Source of the DNA: Balanoglossus misakiensis
Taxonomy: Eukaryota; Animalia; Hemichordata
DNA: 64,000 bases
Direction: 5' to 3'
Assembly: GCA_040954595.2 (NCBI GenBank)
Contig: CM082595.2
Span: 2,775,943 to 2,839,942 of the forward strand
Part shown: positions 39,042-51,700 of the stretch, piece after piece
Position numbering within the stretch: the stretch's first letter is position 1
Layout: every line of letters starts with the position of its first letter
Position numbers and translations under genes: made by a program
Notes under the pieces: model-generated
What the model saw: the letters and a program-made list of their open reading frames with translations, nothing else
What the model was told of the DNA's origin: nothing
Databases searched by the model: none

Positions 39042-42000
39042 TCACCGAATCAAAGTAAGGCCTCTTATCACCAAGTCTCAGTGCATTATGGGAGGTGCCC
39101 GGTATTTGGAGCACGTGCAGAGACCACTCAGTGATGAGTGTTTGGAGCACATGTACTGTGGCTGTCTAAGAACGTGTAAGAGCGTCTTCACAAAGGAGGC
39201 AGGGCGCTTCAGCTCGACTGAATCTCAGTGAATACCGTTGTTACGTACGGTGAACTATTGTGATCAGGAAAGGAAATAGTGCGAACAATACATTGTGTTA
39301 GCGGGGAGAAAAAAAACGCTTTCCCGGTGCCAAACCCCACAATTATACCTTAATGAGTTACAGGGTTTTTCAGCATTAAAATAACTTGGGCAAGTGACTG
39401 TAAAATGCAGGCTTAATGAAGTCATTTCTGGCGGCTTAATTAGATTGGCGATCGACCACCGCCCTTTCTTTTCATGGGAAGTTTACGGTGCCATCTGAAT
39501 AAGCCTGGCCATGGTGAGCTACTGGAGAGAGGAAGATCGGTGAATGAAACAGGTGGTAGTCATGCATGAGGCGGACTATACCACTGAGACAACAGATTTC
39601 AGAAATAAAGATAACGTGCCTGGGGCACACGTTTCTTGGTCAATGATCGGTTGCCAAGGAGACCAAATATCAACACGCATTCAGCTGTTGTGGGTTTGAA
39701 GGTTTTGTTTGTGAGGGGATTGAGGAAAGGAATTTTCACACCAGTATGTGATGGACAAGGCCAGTGTGGTTCTGTTTGTTTGCCAGTGTCCGACCGAGGC
39801 AGAGTGCCTTTAGAGCTGAAATTTCAACAGTTACGTTGGAAGGATTTGAAATGTCAGGATTTGTACAACCAAAATGTAATAACTATAGCTACAACATGAT
39901 CTCCAAATACTGCTTTCTTTGATTGTCAAGTTTCGTACAAGGTAGCACTATATATTGTATTTCTCAATGTAATGAGAAGAGGTCATGGTTGAAAACTTTC
40001 AATGTACTTTGTAAATTGTATGTACATTGGCCATGATTAATACCGGGGATAAATAGAGCAGTTTGTGTGTGGACGATCTTGCAAAGACTGTTCATCATTT
40101 GACCTCATTCTGTTGCTAGGTGATAAGTTCTAGTTGTACTCATCAATTCAAGTACTGTGAGAAAATTGGTTTGAAGAAGTTGACATTGGAAGTCTGTCAA
40201 TTGCATTGTAAAACCAAAAGGCAATGTTTGCTTGTTTGTACATATAGTGACAGGCCACGGGCTGGCTGCAGGAATTTGGGGAATTTTTGCCAGTTTTGGT
40301 CCAAAATAGACAAGACATCCAACGAACATTACCAAAAATGTGGAAACGTTTGCTCAGAATTTTAGCAAGCTATTGTCTACCATGACATTGTCACGCTGTC
40401 ATTGTACGGTTGTTTTTCTTGGGCTGTGCTCGTACAAGTAAAGTTGTGTCAGTATTGCTCTTGTAGAAAGATAGCGAAATCACTAATCAACATTAGGCAT
40501 GGAGTTAACTGTCTGTCGATTAGACTTTTATCAGATCTCAGATGCAGTTACTATAATCCTACTTAATTTGTCCAGCTATCACCAGCAGAAATAGATAATG
40601 ATATTTGACCAAACTATTATGAATGAAGGGGAGACTGTGTGAAGCCTTCAAAACGTGTCTGATTCAGGTTGATTTCAAACTTAACCCCTTCACCAGTTTG
40701 TGCACAGTTGCTAAAATTTGCATTATCTGGCATTGATATTAAAAAAATGGCTACGAGTGATACCTTGATAAGAATTGGTTTTCTTACGAATGAAACACAG
40801 AATTGGTCATGATTGTATGACTGTTTGATAAACATTGGCTGTACTTGATGAGCCCAGCAGAAAAGTAATCATTCTGAACTTTGCAGTCTTTTCCAAGATA
40901 ATAGAACCAATCCACTGAGAAAGAATCTTATGTAAGGAATTGTGCCTCAATCAAGGCTGGCATCCATGAAATGCGCCTTCTTTCCACACAAAGGCATTGT
41001 TTTCTTGCTTATTCACAACAAGCTCTGATTTCGTGCACTGTTTAATGGCTCAGACAGGTATGCCAATTATGTTGGATGAAAAACTTTCTTGTAATTGACT
41101 TCTGTCACAGAAAAGAGAGAGAGAGAGAGTGATCACGTTAAATTGAATGCGGATTTCTTGAGAGCTTAAACTCAGTCAAGTCGTTTTTTGGTTATTAAAG
41201 AAAGATGCTCTGTCTATCTGTCAGTCAGACAAGAAAGCAATCATGTGACTTGTGGTGTCAAAGGTCAAACAGCAACAGGTGGCTTAATTGAAACTTGTAA
41301 TTTGATTACGGGGATTTTTGATATACCCCTATAATTAAACTTTCTCATTTGAGTGATTTGATCGGTAGAACGGTCTATCTTTACTGTGCTCGATTGACGC
41401 AAAGATTGTCGCCGAAGCTGAAGCCAGGGGCTTTAGTTAGTTACAAAACAACTATCTCAGTGGATGTGTTTATAGAGGTTGTTTAGTTTGGGCGACAGGA
41501 AATGGATACGGATATGATGGGTATTTGTGTAAGGTAGTATGGTCAGGTGTTAGCCGGGCTTTGTCCGAAGTACTCTCCCTATACAATTAGTATACTATTT
41601 TGACGCCCTCTAAGAACGAATGTGTGACCGAAATGAATGGAGTACTTACTTATCAGATAATTTGGGTGTGGTCTTGTAATTTACAAGAATAACACTTTAG
41701 TTTGGGATCGGAAGGGATATTCTATGTCATGTGAATCCCAATAAGTACTATGACTTGCAGAATTTTACTGAATTAAAAAAAAATCATAGACCAATCTGTT
41801 GTCCAGAAATCACTTATTATTGATTTTAGTTGTGACTAAGTACCTTAGTTAGACAACTGACAAACCAAACATAATGGAAGACACAGCCAAATCCTTGACA
41901 GAAACTTAAAGAAAGATGTATGTCCAGTATTTCAAAATGACTTAGCAGTCCCTGAAAATTAAGCATCGCGAAACAGTTGCCTCTTTTGATATTGAAAGCA

Positions 42001-42659
42001 TGTGAGGGTTATCATGGTCCAGGGCAGAGAAACATCCCTGGTGCAGACGAACCCTGATGGCAAATGGCCAACCATTGATTTCTAGAATCCTGCCATCCAT
42101 TGGTTGTTGGCCGCTTTTCATATTCAAATCAGCCAATCAGAATCTATTTTAAGAAGTTTATTCCAGTTCACCAAATCATGGTTATCCCATCAGGGGCAAT
42201 TGTCCTAGAACTAGCTGAAGTAATGTCAAGTCCCAAAGTTAATTGCCTGGTGCAGGGTACGGGCATTGTCTGGACAGATATGTGAACAAAGGGTTGTGTA
42301 GGAGACAAGACTGCCATCTAATGAAGACACTGTCTTACACTGTCTGGAGGAGAAACATAATATAATTGTAGTTTGTACGACTAATCGCATCTTCCAACTT
42401 GTCAGTCATGATTGTATAGAAAACCGCAAGTAATGGCCAATTCAGAATAAAAATGTCACTTTTTCTCAGGTACTGTCTATGCCTATGTTTTCTTTGGTGC
42501 TCTTGGATAACATTGGCTGATTCGCCCACACCATGATTCCCCCAGGTGCTGCTGGAGTCTCGTTTGATGTGTGGAGATGTTTATCCATCTATTACAGCTT
42601 CAACCATTGGCATTTCAACAACTGTCTCTCCATTTGGAGATAGTGCTGGCAGTAAAGCT

Positions 42660-42730
42660 TTAACCCTTTCACCACCATGGTTTGGTCCAAATCCAGTGTT
42701 TCCTATGGCAAATTTGGATCACTACAGAGT
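42660..42730 (+). mobile_element. piggyBac-like MITE, 3'-truncated copy 3
   Basis: TTAACCCTTTCACCACCATGGTTTGGTCCA is identical to the start of copy 1. Confidence 0.75.
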
Positions 42731-43754
42731 TGTAGTTGTCCAGCAAATAATTCAGAGATGTCAAAACAGACTTTGATATTTAGTTTTCATGATTGTATCG
42801 CAGACTGAAATTAAGTAAAAATTATTTTTTGGCTTCTTTATAACTTCCGTTGGGGTAGAGAGTTTTGTGGAGATTTTATGAATCTGTCGACTCACCAAAT
42901 GAGATTGGTATGGGAATTTTTGGTTTGTGGGGCTTTGTGAGTGACGACAGTGTGTGATTATGTGAGGCTTTGTGATAATAGGAGCGATTGGTACAGAAGA
43001 GCAGGGGGTTACCCCTGTGGATAGGATTACATCAAGTGGGGAGTAGATATTTAGAAATAAAGAGAACCTGAAGAGCGAGGAAATTCAGAGTCGACTGTAC
43101 AATTGCAAGGAATGTTAATCCGTGTCTTCTTTTGAGAGGAACACTTGTGTCTCCGATCACCTATTTATGCATTTACAAGCACTTGTCAAAACCTTGGTAA
43201 TTAAACCCTACGGTGTTTGTACGCCAGGGGAGATCAAGCAATTTTAGAAGACAAAAAGAAATAAAATCCTAAAAAAAACTTTCTTTTGTTTCATCACATC
43301 CTCAAAGTTTGGAATTTGTGTTTTTTTTCAACAAAACATTATAAGCAGGCGATAGAAGATCTTGGAGTCAGACAGATGTACTCCAGATCCTGTGTTTGCA
43401 TTTCTGATCATTTTCCCCCCTTCTATGGCGGACCTTGGTTGCCGTGAGCAACCAGGAGATGCCAACATAGGCTTGGGTAATGTAAATTTGTAATTGCATT
43501 GTGATGAGGTATTAATCGCACTGTTTAAAACGGGTTACTCTGATTTCAAAATAGTCTGGTAGGTATTTTGAAAACCTTTGTATTTTGTCCAGCAAAGCCT
43601 AACAGAGTTATTTCAACTCAGGAGTGTTTTCAGATATCAGCTTACAAGTTACCCGTCTATAAAATGAAGACTAGTCTAGACAGACAAAATTTTGAGAAAA
43701 TATAATTTCATCTTTGAGGTAACTGTTCTAAAACAGCAATTTGCATGAATGACC

Positions 43755-43777
43755 AACCATGGTGGTGAAAGGGTTAA
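43755..43777 (-). mobile_element. piggyBac-like MITE terminal fragment
   Basis: AACCATGGTGGTGAAAGGGTTAA is the exact reverse complement of the family's first 23 bp. Confidence 0.65.
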
Positions 43778-46003
43778 AAAAGTTGAACCACCTAGGGTAT
43801 TGCGGAGCCTGCATCTGGTTGAAACGTGTGTAGAAAAATCTCTGCGGTAATTTCAAGAATGATGTAACTGTCACGTTATCCAAATATGAGAGACCTGGAA
43901 TCGCCAGGCTTAGCCTTGAGGCATGTTAGACTAATATTTAAACATTTATTTCTGCAAGATGTTAATAAATATACTTGGCTATATATTCTGAAAGTAGTTC
44001 ACAAAAAGGTGACCTCCAGAAAGTTGAGTGTCCTAGGGTGTTGTTATGAATTTCTCACTGGGGGTTATATATCCTAGTTGCGTCTCTAAGGGTCAGATCA
44101 TAGATTTCTTGGAGGGGTGTAGTAGTGAATAAATGATTGAGTTTTACAGATACTTTATGATAAACTATAATAGTCATGAAAGAGATAGGTGAACTTCCAT
44201 AGTGACATGACCAATTGAGCATGAATGCCGGTTATTCAAACAGAAAGAAACTTTGTTCAAATCTCAACTTTACTGTCAACATTCACACAAGTTACACATG
44301 TTAGCTGTTAAATATTTAGACGGTGTCTATAGTGACATTATTATGCACAAGTTCATGGCCGCTTGGAGGGCGGGGTGTGACAGTTACGTAGTTGCCGCCA
44401 TGGCAACACTAGCCACCATTATATAGTGGTATGTGGGTTTGTTTTAGTAATGTGTATGTATTAAGTTTAAAATCAATAGAGGAATGGGTCTGCTAATATT
44501 TGCAGAAAGGATCCACACCTCTAGAAAGGAGGATCTGGTGTTTGCTTCTGTCCCCATTATATGACAACTTGGGCCAATTTTCTGTGTGCTTAAAACTGGT
44601 TACAGTGACTGTAGCATGACAGAAATCAGGGTTTCATCTAGACGGGGGAGGGGGGGGGGATTCACCCCCTGTTGACATGTTGGCACCCCTTAGAAATTTG
44701 TCAAGTGCTGGTTCTTGTATAATTCTGGTTATTTTTATGTCCGACTTTTCCTGTTCCTTATAAAGTTATTTATAATAAAATCGTGGCTAATGTAGTACTT
44801 AACTTATCTTTGACTTCGGTGTTATGTCTCGAGCAAATCCACTCAGACATATTAAACTTGCCAAACTTCCAACATCTCATTGTTAAATTTAGCTGGTTAA
44901 TCTCTTTGGTATTGTCTGGAAGAATTTTATCTGGTTATGATGAGGGTATGTTGTCAATATCAGTATGTCTAAAAGCTTGGAATGTGTTATAAACTTAAAA
45001 CAGACCACTTAAAAATTTCCTTTTCCTGAGAAGTTCATGTTCCGCACTTCACGGCACAATACCCTGAATCGTAGAATTTTAGAACTTCATTGTGAAACTG
45101 AAACTCTCTGACGAACAAAGAAAGCAAATAATCGTCCCCGCATTGATGGGAATCGTTTATAGGGTTTCGGAATTGGGATATAGCCATTCTTTGTATGGTT
45201 GTAATTGTACTGGGTGTATCTTTGACCATGGTAGTTGTTATGATGAAGACAAACCCAAAATAGATCCATATGTGTCTGATGATTCAGGTACCAAATATAG
45301 AGTCGATGATCTGATTATAAACTACTGGAAGTCCTCTGGCCAACAGCTATATAATGTTTTGTTTATCAGAGTAATGTTAATGTAAACTTTTTTGTCTATC
45401 AAGCAAAAGGGAATGTGGGAAAAGTGACGGAAAAAGGCTGATAATGACATTGACCTTTGTAATCAGTTCAGAAGCCTTGAAGCATACGATAAACAAGTCG
45501 TCACCCATTTATGTCGTTTGGAAATTTTAATGTGGCTTTAACGCTCGGATTAATCATATCAAATGAATGAGTGTCACAACATAGTAAGTTTTTAAATGTC
45601 GGCCTTCAAGGGCTTGTGATCGTCACATCCTGCAAGTTTTGCTATTGACCTTGTGATGTGGTGTACTGCTCGGCCCCTTGGCGGAGGTCACCACTCGTCT
45701 GGGGACTTTGCTAAGTCGGCATGTGGTCTGTTCGTGAAAGTATCCAGGTCGATGGAGCAGAAAAGTGAAAGAAACGCCAAGGTGACCTAATGGTCTTAAT
45801 GGTGACTTCTGACGGCTTAATTTTCTGGTGAAGCGAGTTTTGAGAGAAAGTGACAAAAAACAGAACCTGTACATTCTCACGTCTTTCGAGATGTTGATGA
45901 TCGAATTTGGAAACTACAAATTCATCATAGTTTAGAATATCGGGAAAGTGACAAATGGGACCTAAAGTGCAAATTCCTATATTGTGGGGATTTTGCAAGT
46001 CTT

Positions 46004-46096
46004 TTAACCCTTTCACCACTGTTTTCTTATGTAGAGGTCCAACTTTACCATGGAAAACAATGTGTTTGGACCAAATCATGGTGATAAATGGGGTGT
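46004..46096 (-). mobile_element. piggyBac-like MITE, copy 4 (inverted)
   Basis: TTAACCCTTTCACC then AGAGGTCCAACTTTACCATGGAAAACAATG...TGGACCAAATCATGGTG, the reverse complement of the copy 1 interior. Confidence 0.78.
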
Positions 46097-47661
46097 AGGT
46101 TTCTTCATTGCCTTGGTTCTTCATTGTCCCATATACACAGCTTCCAAAATTAATCACTATTACAATATCATTGAAGCAAAACAAGCCAACACAGATCTCC
46201 TTAATCATTGCCATATCCCAACCTTAAGCCGAACCAGACTGACACCCTGCTATTCAGATCCCAAGTACAATAATAGATATTTACGTTGAAAACCTTAAAA
46301 TAACTCCAAATGGGAGACATAACTTGATGAAAACATTTGTATGTAACCGTGATCCTGATCACAAATCCACACCAGTCGCTACCTGGAGGTAATTTCCCAG
46401 TTGGAGAGAGTTGAAATTGTCCACAGCTGATACAACATCCAGAAAGTCCCCTTGGAGAACTTCCACCATGGGCGAAATCTCGGGTCACAGTAACCAACAC
46501 CTTTATTTTGCTTTCTTCCCCACAAAATACATGTGTCCCTAGACCATGATGTAAACTACTGCTGTCCCCCAAGCCAATTATGTAAGCCCACTCGGCATTA
46601 AATTCTGTAGTCAAGGACAGTGTAGGAAAACGTAGTAAACGTAGACAACAGAGTTACCACCCCTTGAGTTTATAGGGTGATGAAACTCGCTGTGTTTTTC
46701 TTTGGGGATTATTATCTTGCTGGGTCATATACCTATAAGGGTGACTGTCTAACTGATAAAAAAAATGAGTTCAGTGTCCTCTGAAGGTATCTACAGTAGT
46801 TCTAGTTAAGGTGAACATTGATGTAAAAATGTACGGGAAAACTCATGGACCTGGCTTGGCTAGCTTGGGATCTTTAGTGTAGAACTCATATTGATGTCTA
46901 GGGCCAGCTTTAGGAATCTTGGACGTGACTTTGACTCTGATGTTCTGTCTCTGAGTCTTTTACCAACTATAAACAATAAGATGTAGCAAGATCTAACGAT
47001 AACATTCTCAAGTAGCAGAAATCGTTTTGAAATCCTAAATGTATACTACCTGGGTCATGTGTTTTGTGTCAAACAGGGGTCGATTAAAATATACAAAGCC
47101 CAAATTACTGTTTGGGCAGTCTGACCTGGATGTTGAGTCATAAGAGATAAAAGATGTGGATAGAGGCACTTTTTGTCCCACTTTTTGGCCCACAACTCAT
47201 CTGAAATGATCGGATCCTGTATTTTGAAATACTTCTTTTGGATGATTGGTCTTGATTTGAACAAAATCTCAAATATGAACACCTTTGAATCAGTGCATGG
47301 CCAACGTTCACAGAAAAGTGTGATCTGTTTGCCATTATGGTGTCTGTTCTGTTTGTATAGATTTCAAAGCTGGTCTATAAATAACAGATAATGAAAGGCA
47401 GCCGTAGAGAAGTCAGGACATGATGGGTACATTCTGGTTGTTATTCTGTTATTTACGATCCTGCGACTTTACTTCAGCTGGTTATTGTATACAAGAGAAT
47501 AAAATGGGAGAAGATTTACGGTGCCCGAGCCAAACCCCCTTCACCCCTGTGCACCTGTTTTGAATGGTACAAGCCCCTTACCCTGTTGCCTTGGGGTCAG
47601 ACTACTTTTGAGAGTGAATGGGGGAAATGGGTGAGGAAACTGACCAAAACAAATATTTTGT

Positions 47662-47830
47662 AGGAGGGAGGGGAGAGGGACGGAGGGAAGGAGGGAGGAT
47701 GGGAGAGAGAGGATAAAGAGAGAGATGGGGATGGAACGAGGGGGAAGGGAGAGAGAGAGGAGAAGGGATGGGGGAAGAGAGAGAGAGACATACAGAGACA
47801 TAGGGGGAAGGAGGGAGAAAGTGAAGAAAA
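47662..47830 (+). repeat. Purine-rich (GGA/GA) low-complexity tract just upstream of exon 4
   Basis: About 170 nt almost entirely G/A, with many GGG runs. Confidence 0.9.
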
Positions 47831-47877
47831 GTTCCAAAACTTCAAATTAATTTTTATCATTTTCTTGTATTTTACAG

Positions 47878-47982
47878 CCACCTGTAGTAGCGGTGTATGC
47901 TTCAATGGAGGAAGTTGTTCTGGTGACTATTCTCAGCTCTGCGTGTGTCGGCCAGGATACCAGGGACCAAGATGCCAATATG
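47878..47982 (+). CDS. MEGF6: MEGF6-like exon 4, first EGF-like domain: (P)TCSSGVCFNGGSCSGDYSQLCVCRPGYQGPRCQY
   Basis: TTTTCTTGTATTTTACAG acceptor at 47877; G|GTGAGT donor at 47983; 105 nt, phase 1-1, in frame with exon 3. Six-Cys EGF pattern ending CxCxPGYxGPRCQY (human MEGF6, from memory: CSASLCFHGGRC...CHCPPGFQGPRCQY). Not in the ORF track. Confidence 0.93.
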
Positions 47983-48527
47983 GTGAGTGATTTCATCTCA
48001 TTTGATTCTTTTCCCCATCCCTTTCCCCCATCCCATAATCTGGACTTCATCCTCATATTTTTGGTTCACTGAACGACAAACTAAAAATCAAGAAGAATTT
48101 AGACAGAGCTCTTGGCAATTTCTGTCATTTCACAAAGCCCGAAACTTAAAACATTTCCAAATTCTCCACCTATGGTATTCTGTCAGATCTGTTTAATATC
48201 CAAGCCTAGCTCTTACACATTCCAAAACCTTGCACTCACATTACACCCTCACCCTGTTAAATGTTCAGCCCTGAAATCGATGTCACTGATCTACTTGTGT
48301 GTCCCCCAAACCTCCAAGTGTGAACCAAAGCTACCCAGAGCACATCTTCCTTTTCTCGAAACTCATCCCTGAGTAGCCAATCCCAACCTTGGTTTTTAAC
48401 GCGAAACAACTGATGTGTCCTCACTGCGATAATGGCATACGTGAGTAATCTCAACTCTAATTTGTCGACCGGAAGTCTCGACAAATGAAGTTTTCTGCCC
48501 CTGAAAGTGGTAGGTAATTAGCAGTCG

Positions 48528-48733
48528 TAAGGGAGGACCATGTGATTTCTTCGGGGAGGGTTGATGAATGATTTTTGGAGGAAAACAATTGTTGGCAGAT
48601 GGTTCGAAGGAAAAAAATTGCTTCTGCTGGAGGAGAAATAAATTTGTTGTAACAGTGGCTGACAAAACATTTGCTGGCATACCAAAATCCAACAACCAAC
48701 CCCCCACCCAGAAATCAAATGGTTCTCCCCTTA
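48528..48733. mobile_element. PIF/Harbinger-like MITE, longer copy
   Basis: TAA-GGGAGGACCATGTGATTTCT ... AGAAATCAAATGGTTCTCCCC-TTA; shares internal AACAGTGGCTGA...TGCTG(G/A)CATACCAAA with 27791-27925. Confidence 0.75.
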
Positions 48734-51700
48734 ACGAACTGCGGAGTGGATGCCGATATCTGCCATGTCTCATGGCTGCTACAGAACCTACGAACATGAA
48801 ATGAGATAACAGCGACTTTCCACCTTGAAAGATGTCTGGTATATGATTAAAAAACTTGATGTGGGAGGTATCTAAGGTCCCCGGATTAGGTCACTGCGTC
48901 ATTGCACAAGGGCAAAGACCAGGTTGTTCCTGATTTATAACAAAATGAAAAGTATGACAAGTTCGTCTTGAAGGTTACGGTGCACTAGAGACTGAACTGG
49001 AACTCAGACAGATGTCTTTAAACTCTATTCATTTTTTCGTTCATTCATGGCGTATGTTCAATAGTGTAAAAGTGAGTTTGTAAAGTGAAAAAAGTTAAAA
49101 AGCTTTTGATTTTCAACGATATATACGTGAATATGTAGAAAAGTGACTCTGACTGGTAAAACTCCCCAGAGCAAAACTTAGACACTGAAACTGTGTAGTA
49201 CGTATGATGTCACACAGCTGCTGTATGGCAAGACTGATAAGTTTTGGGCAAACTGACCCTTGGCAGTTGTTTTCACCAAACACGATATCCGTGCATGAAC
49301 GCTGGTCAACTGAAAACTCGGTATGCATCCACCATTCAGAAACGGAGAAGGAATTTCTGGTCACTGGTATAGCCAGTCACACAAACCCCAGTAGCTTCAC
49401 GGAAGAGAGAGAACAGAAATTGGCCGCAACCGAAGTTGTATTTCTACAATGGCTTCATAAAAACATTTCTGTACTTTCCGAAACTTCCAGGCTGTTGTAA
49501 AAATTTTAGTGTTTCAATTTCCTGTTCGTTAAAGAGACTCCGATCAATGGATGCAGTGTGCGTGCCAATTTTAGTTTTGGCTAAAAAGTGGAGACCACAC
49601 ACACTATATATAATATATTCTCCAACGCCAGAAAATAGATGGCCCAGTGTAGAATGCCATGTGGAATGGTGTTTGCTTCATTTAACCCAGCGTGGTGTCC
49701 GACGTGAAGTGATAGCTGGTACATTTAACGCACAAGTCATTTTAATTGGATATGGAAACTTCAGTAATCCTCAAGCTGCCTGGTCTAGCGTGAGCGCATC
49801 TCTGGATGTAGCAAAATCAACATGAATTTATCATTTGTCATACTCCAGTTAGATTTTAAATGTGTATGAAACCTTCATAGGTATCAAGTTGCAGGAGGAA
49901 AAAAATAACAAACATCAACTGTCGGAACAAGATAATTGTCTGGCCATTTAGACTGATTAGATTTAATTAAGAGAAGTAATTAAAAGTTAATTAGATCTGT
50001 GTTGCCCATTTGTGAGGGATATCCTTTGTCATTGATCGGGAAGAGCTCTGTCAGGCATCAATCAGTTTGCCAAGTGGCTTGAGTTTCTGTGTTTCATTTG
50101 GGTGTTGTTTTTGCAAAACATGGGGAAACTGGAGAACTTCGGCCAAAAGTGTTCTGACACGGTCGAACTCCTTGGAGATGGACTCAAGGCATTCCCCCCG
50201 CTCCTTGGAGATGACTCGAGATGTTGTCTGCATTCACCAATCATTGACAGAATTCTACAAAAGCCAAACAAACTTGCTCTGTCTTGTTTTCACATGTGCA
50301 CATATGTTTCAGAGAATGTTATGTTGTGTACATCTGGTGTGATCTAACATCTTTTTTCTTTCTATATTATATTACGCATAGTCCATGCTTTCAAGTATAT
50401 TATTGTAGACTTCACAAATCCTTTTCTGATATTCTCAGGCTGAAAAATGATACTGGGCAGTTTTAAATTCTGAACTAATCTCATGTAACTAAGTGGAATA
50501 TTTGACATACTGTTGATATCTTGTGGCAAAGAAAATAATTAGAGAGAGTTTAAAAATGTTGATTCTTCCAAAGTGAAGCTTATCTGGTTTGTCTTTTATT
50601 GTAACTTTATCTGAAATCATTTTTGAAACTGAACTTAAGGTGTTCAGAGTCTGTTTTCCTGGCTAGGAAAATTATGGTGGAGTTTGAAATTTAAGGTTTC
50701 CTTTTGGAAGTGTACATACAGCCTTAATATATTTAAATTAGCGAGAGGTCAGGTCATGTCAGGTCACCAGATGTTCTCACAACATCTTGAAGAAGTCAGT
50801 GATAATTTAAGAAGTTTGGTATGCGTGTTTCCATAGTGAATACAGCATTGCCACAACATTGCACACTTAATTTAAATGCTTGTTTTAATGTCCGTTTTAC
50901 TGGCAAACACTGCGGACTTTTAAATATCAACAAACTTCAGAATAATTTACACAGGCAGATGTGAAAAATCCAAGACTTGCAGAAGCAAATGTCTCGGGTG
51001 TGAAGTGCAAGAAATAAAGTTCTTTTTTTATCTTTTCCGGGTCTTATGGTCTTCCTCTGCTGAAACTGGCTAATTACATATACCAGAAGTTTAAATCAAA
51101 GTTTAAATGTAAATACTGTAAATATGGTTTTGCTGAAATTTAGTCAAATCATCTTCTATTCTAACTTGTATTAATATCACCTATAGTCTATTGCTTTAGG
51201 AATGAAATTTTGAACTATTCGGAACTATACTCAAAAGGAAGCGAAAACTGTGTAATGTTACATGTCATCTGGATACAATCTCAGGTTTTAGTGATATTAG
51301 TTCCAAAAATTGAAAACCAACATCAATTTAAGGAAACTGGACCTTGATTACTGCCTCAAGGAAAGGGAGTTAAAATTTCCGTGTGCACCTGTTGGCCTGC
51401 TGGATGTCGTCCAATTAGAGTGATCGCTATCATGTGGGTGTCCCTGATAGGAGAGGCCTTGTACCCATATACTATGTGGACTGAAGGGGGGATGGGAAAA
51501 CCAGATGAAAACAGTATGCCTGGAATCTGACATGCGCTTATGTGTTTAAATTGATGGCGTTCGGTCAGACAGACGGCGGTTGGCCAGACGGAGACATCCT
51601 TGCTTACTTTACGCTTGCTACCAGTCACGATTGCACTGGATTCCTGGTATAGCACACATCGCTGGAACTTTCGTTATTTCCTTCAGTTTTTTTTTGCTAT

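Larger units (their letters stand above)
25799..47877 (+). other. MEGF6-like intron 3 (22,079 bp, GT-AG)
   Basis: Exons 3 and 4 join in frame with no gap against the remembered MEGF6 sequence. No other recognisable coding exon was seen between them. Confidence 0.85.

Noticed and set aside
44783-46614. Cluster of 60-167-aa ORFs in intron 3
   Set aside because: They have no recognisable domains, mostly non-ATG starts, partly read through a MITE, and lack convincing splice context.
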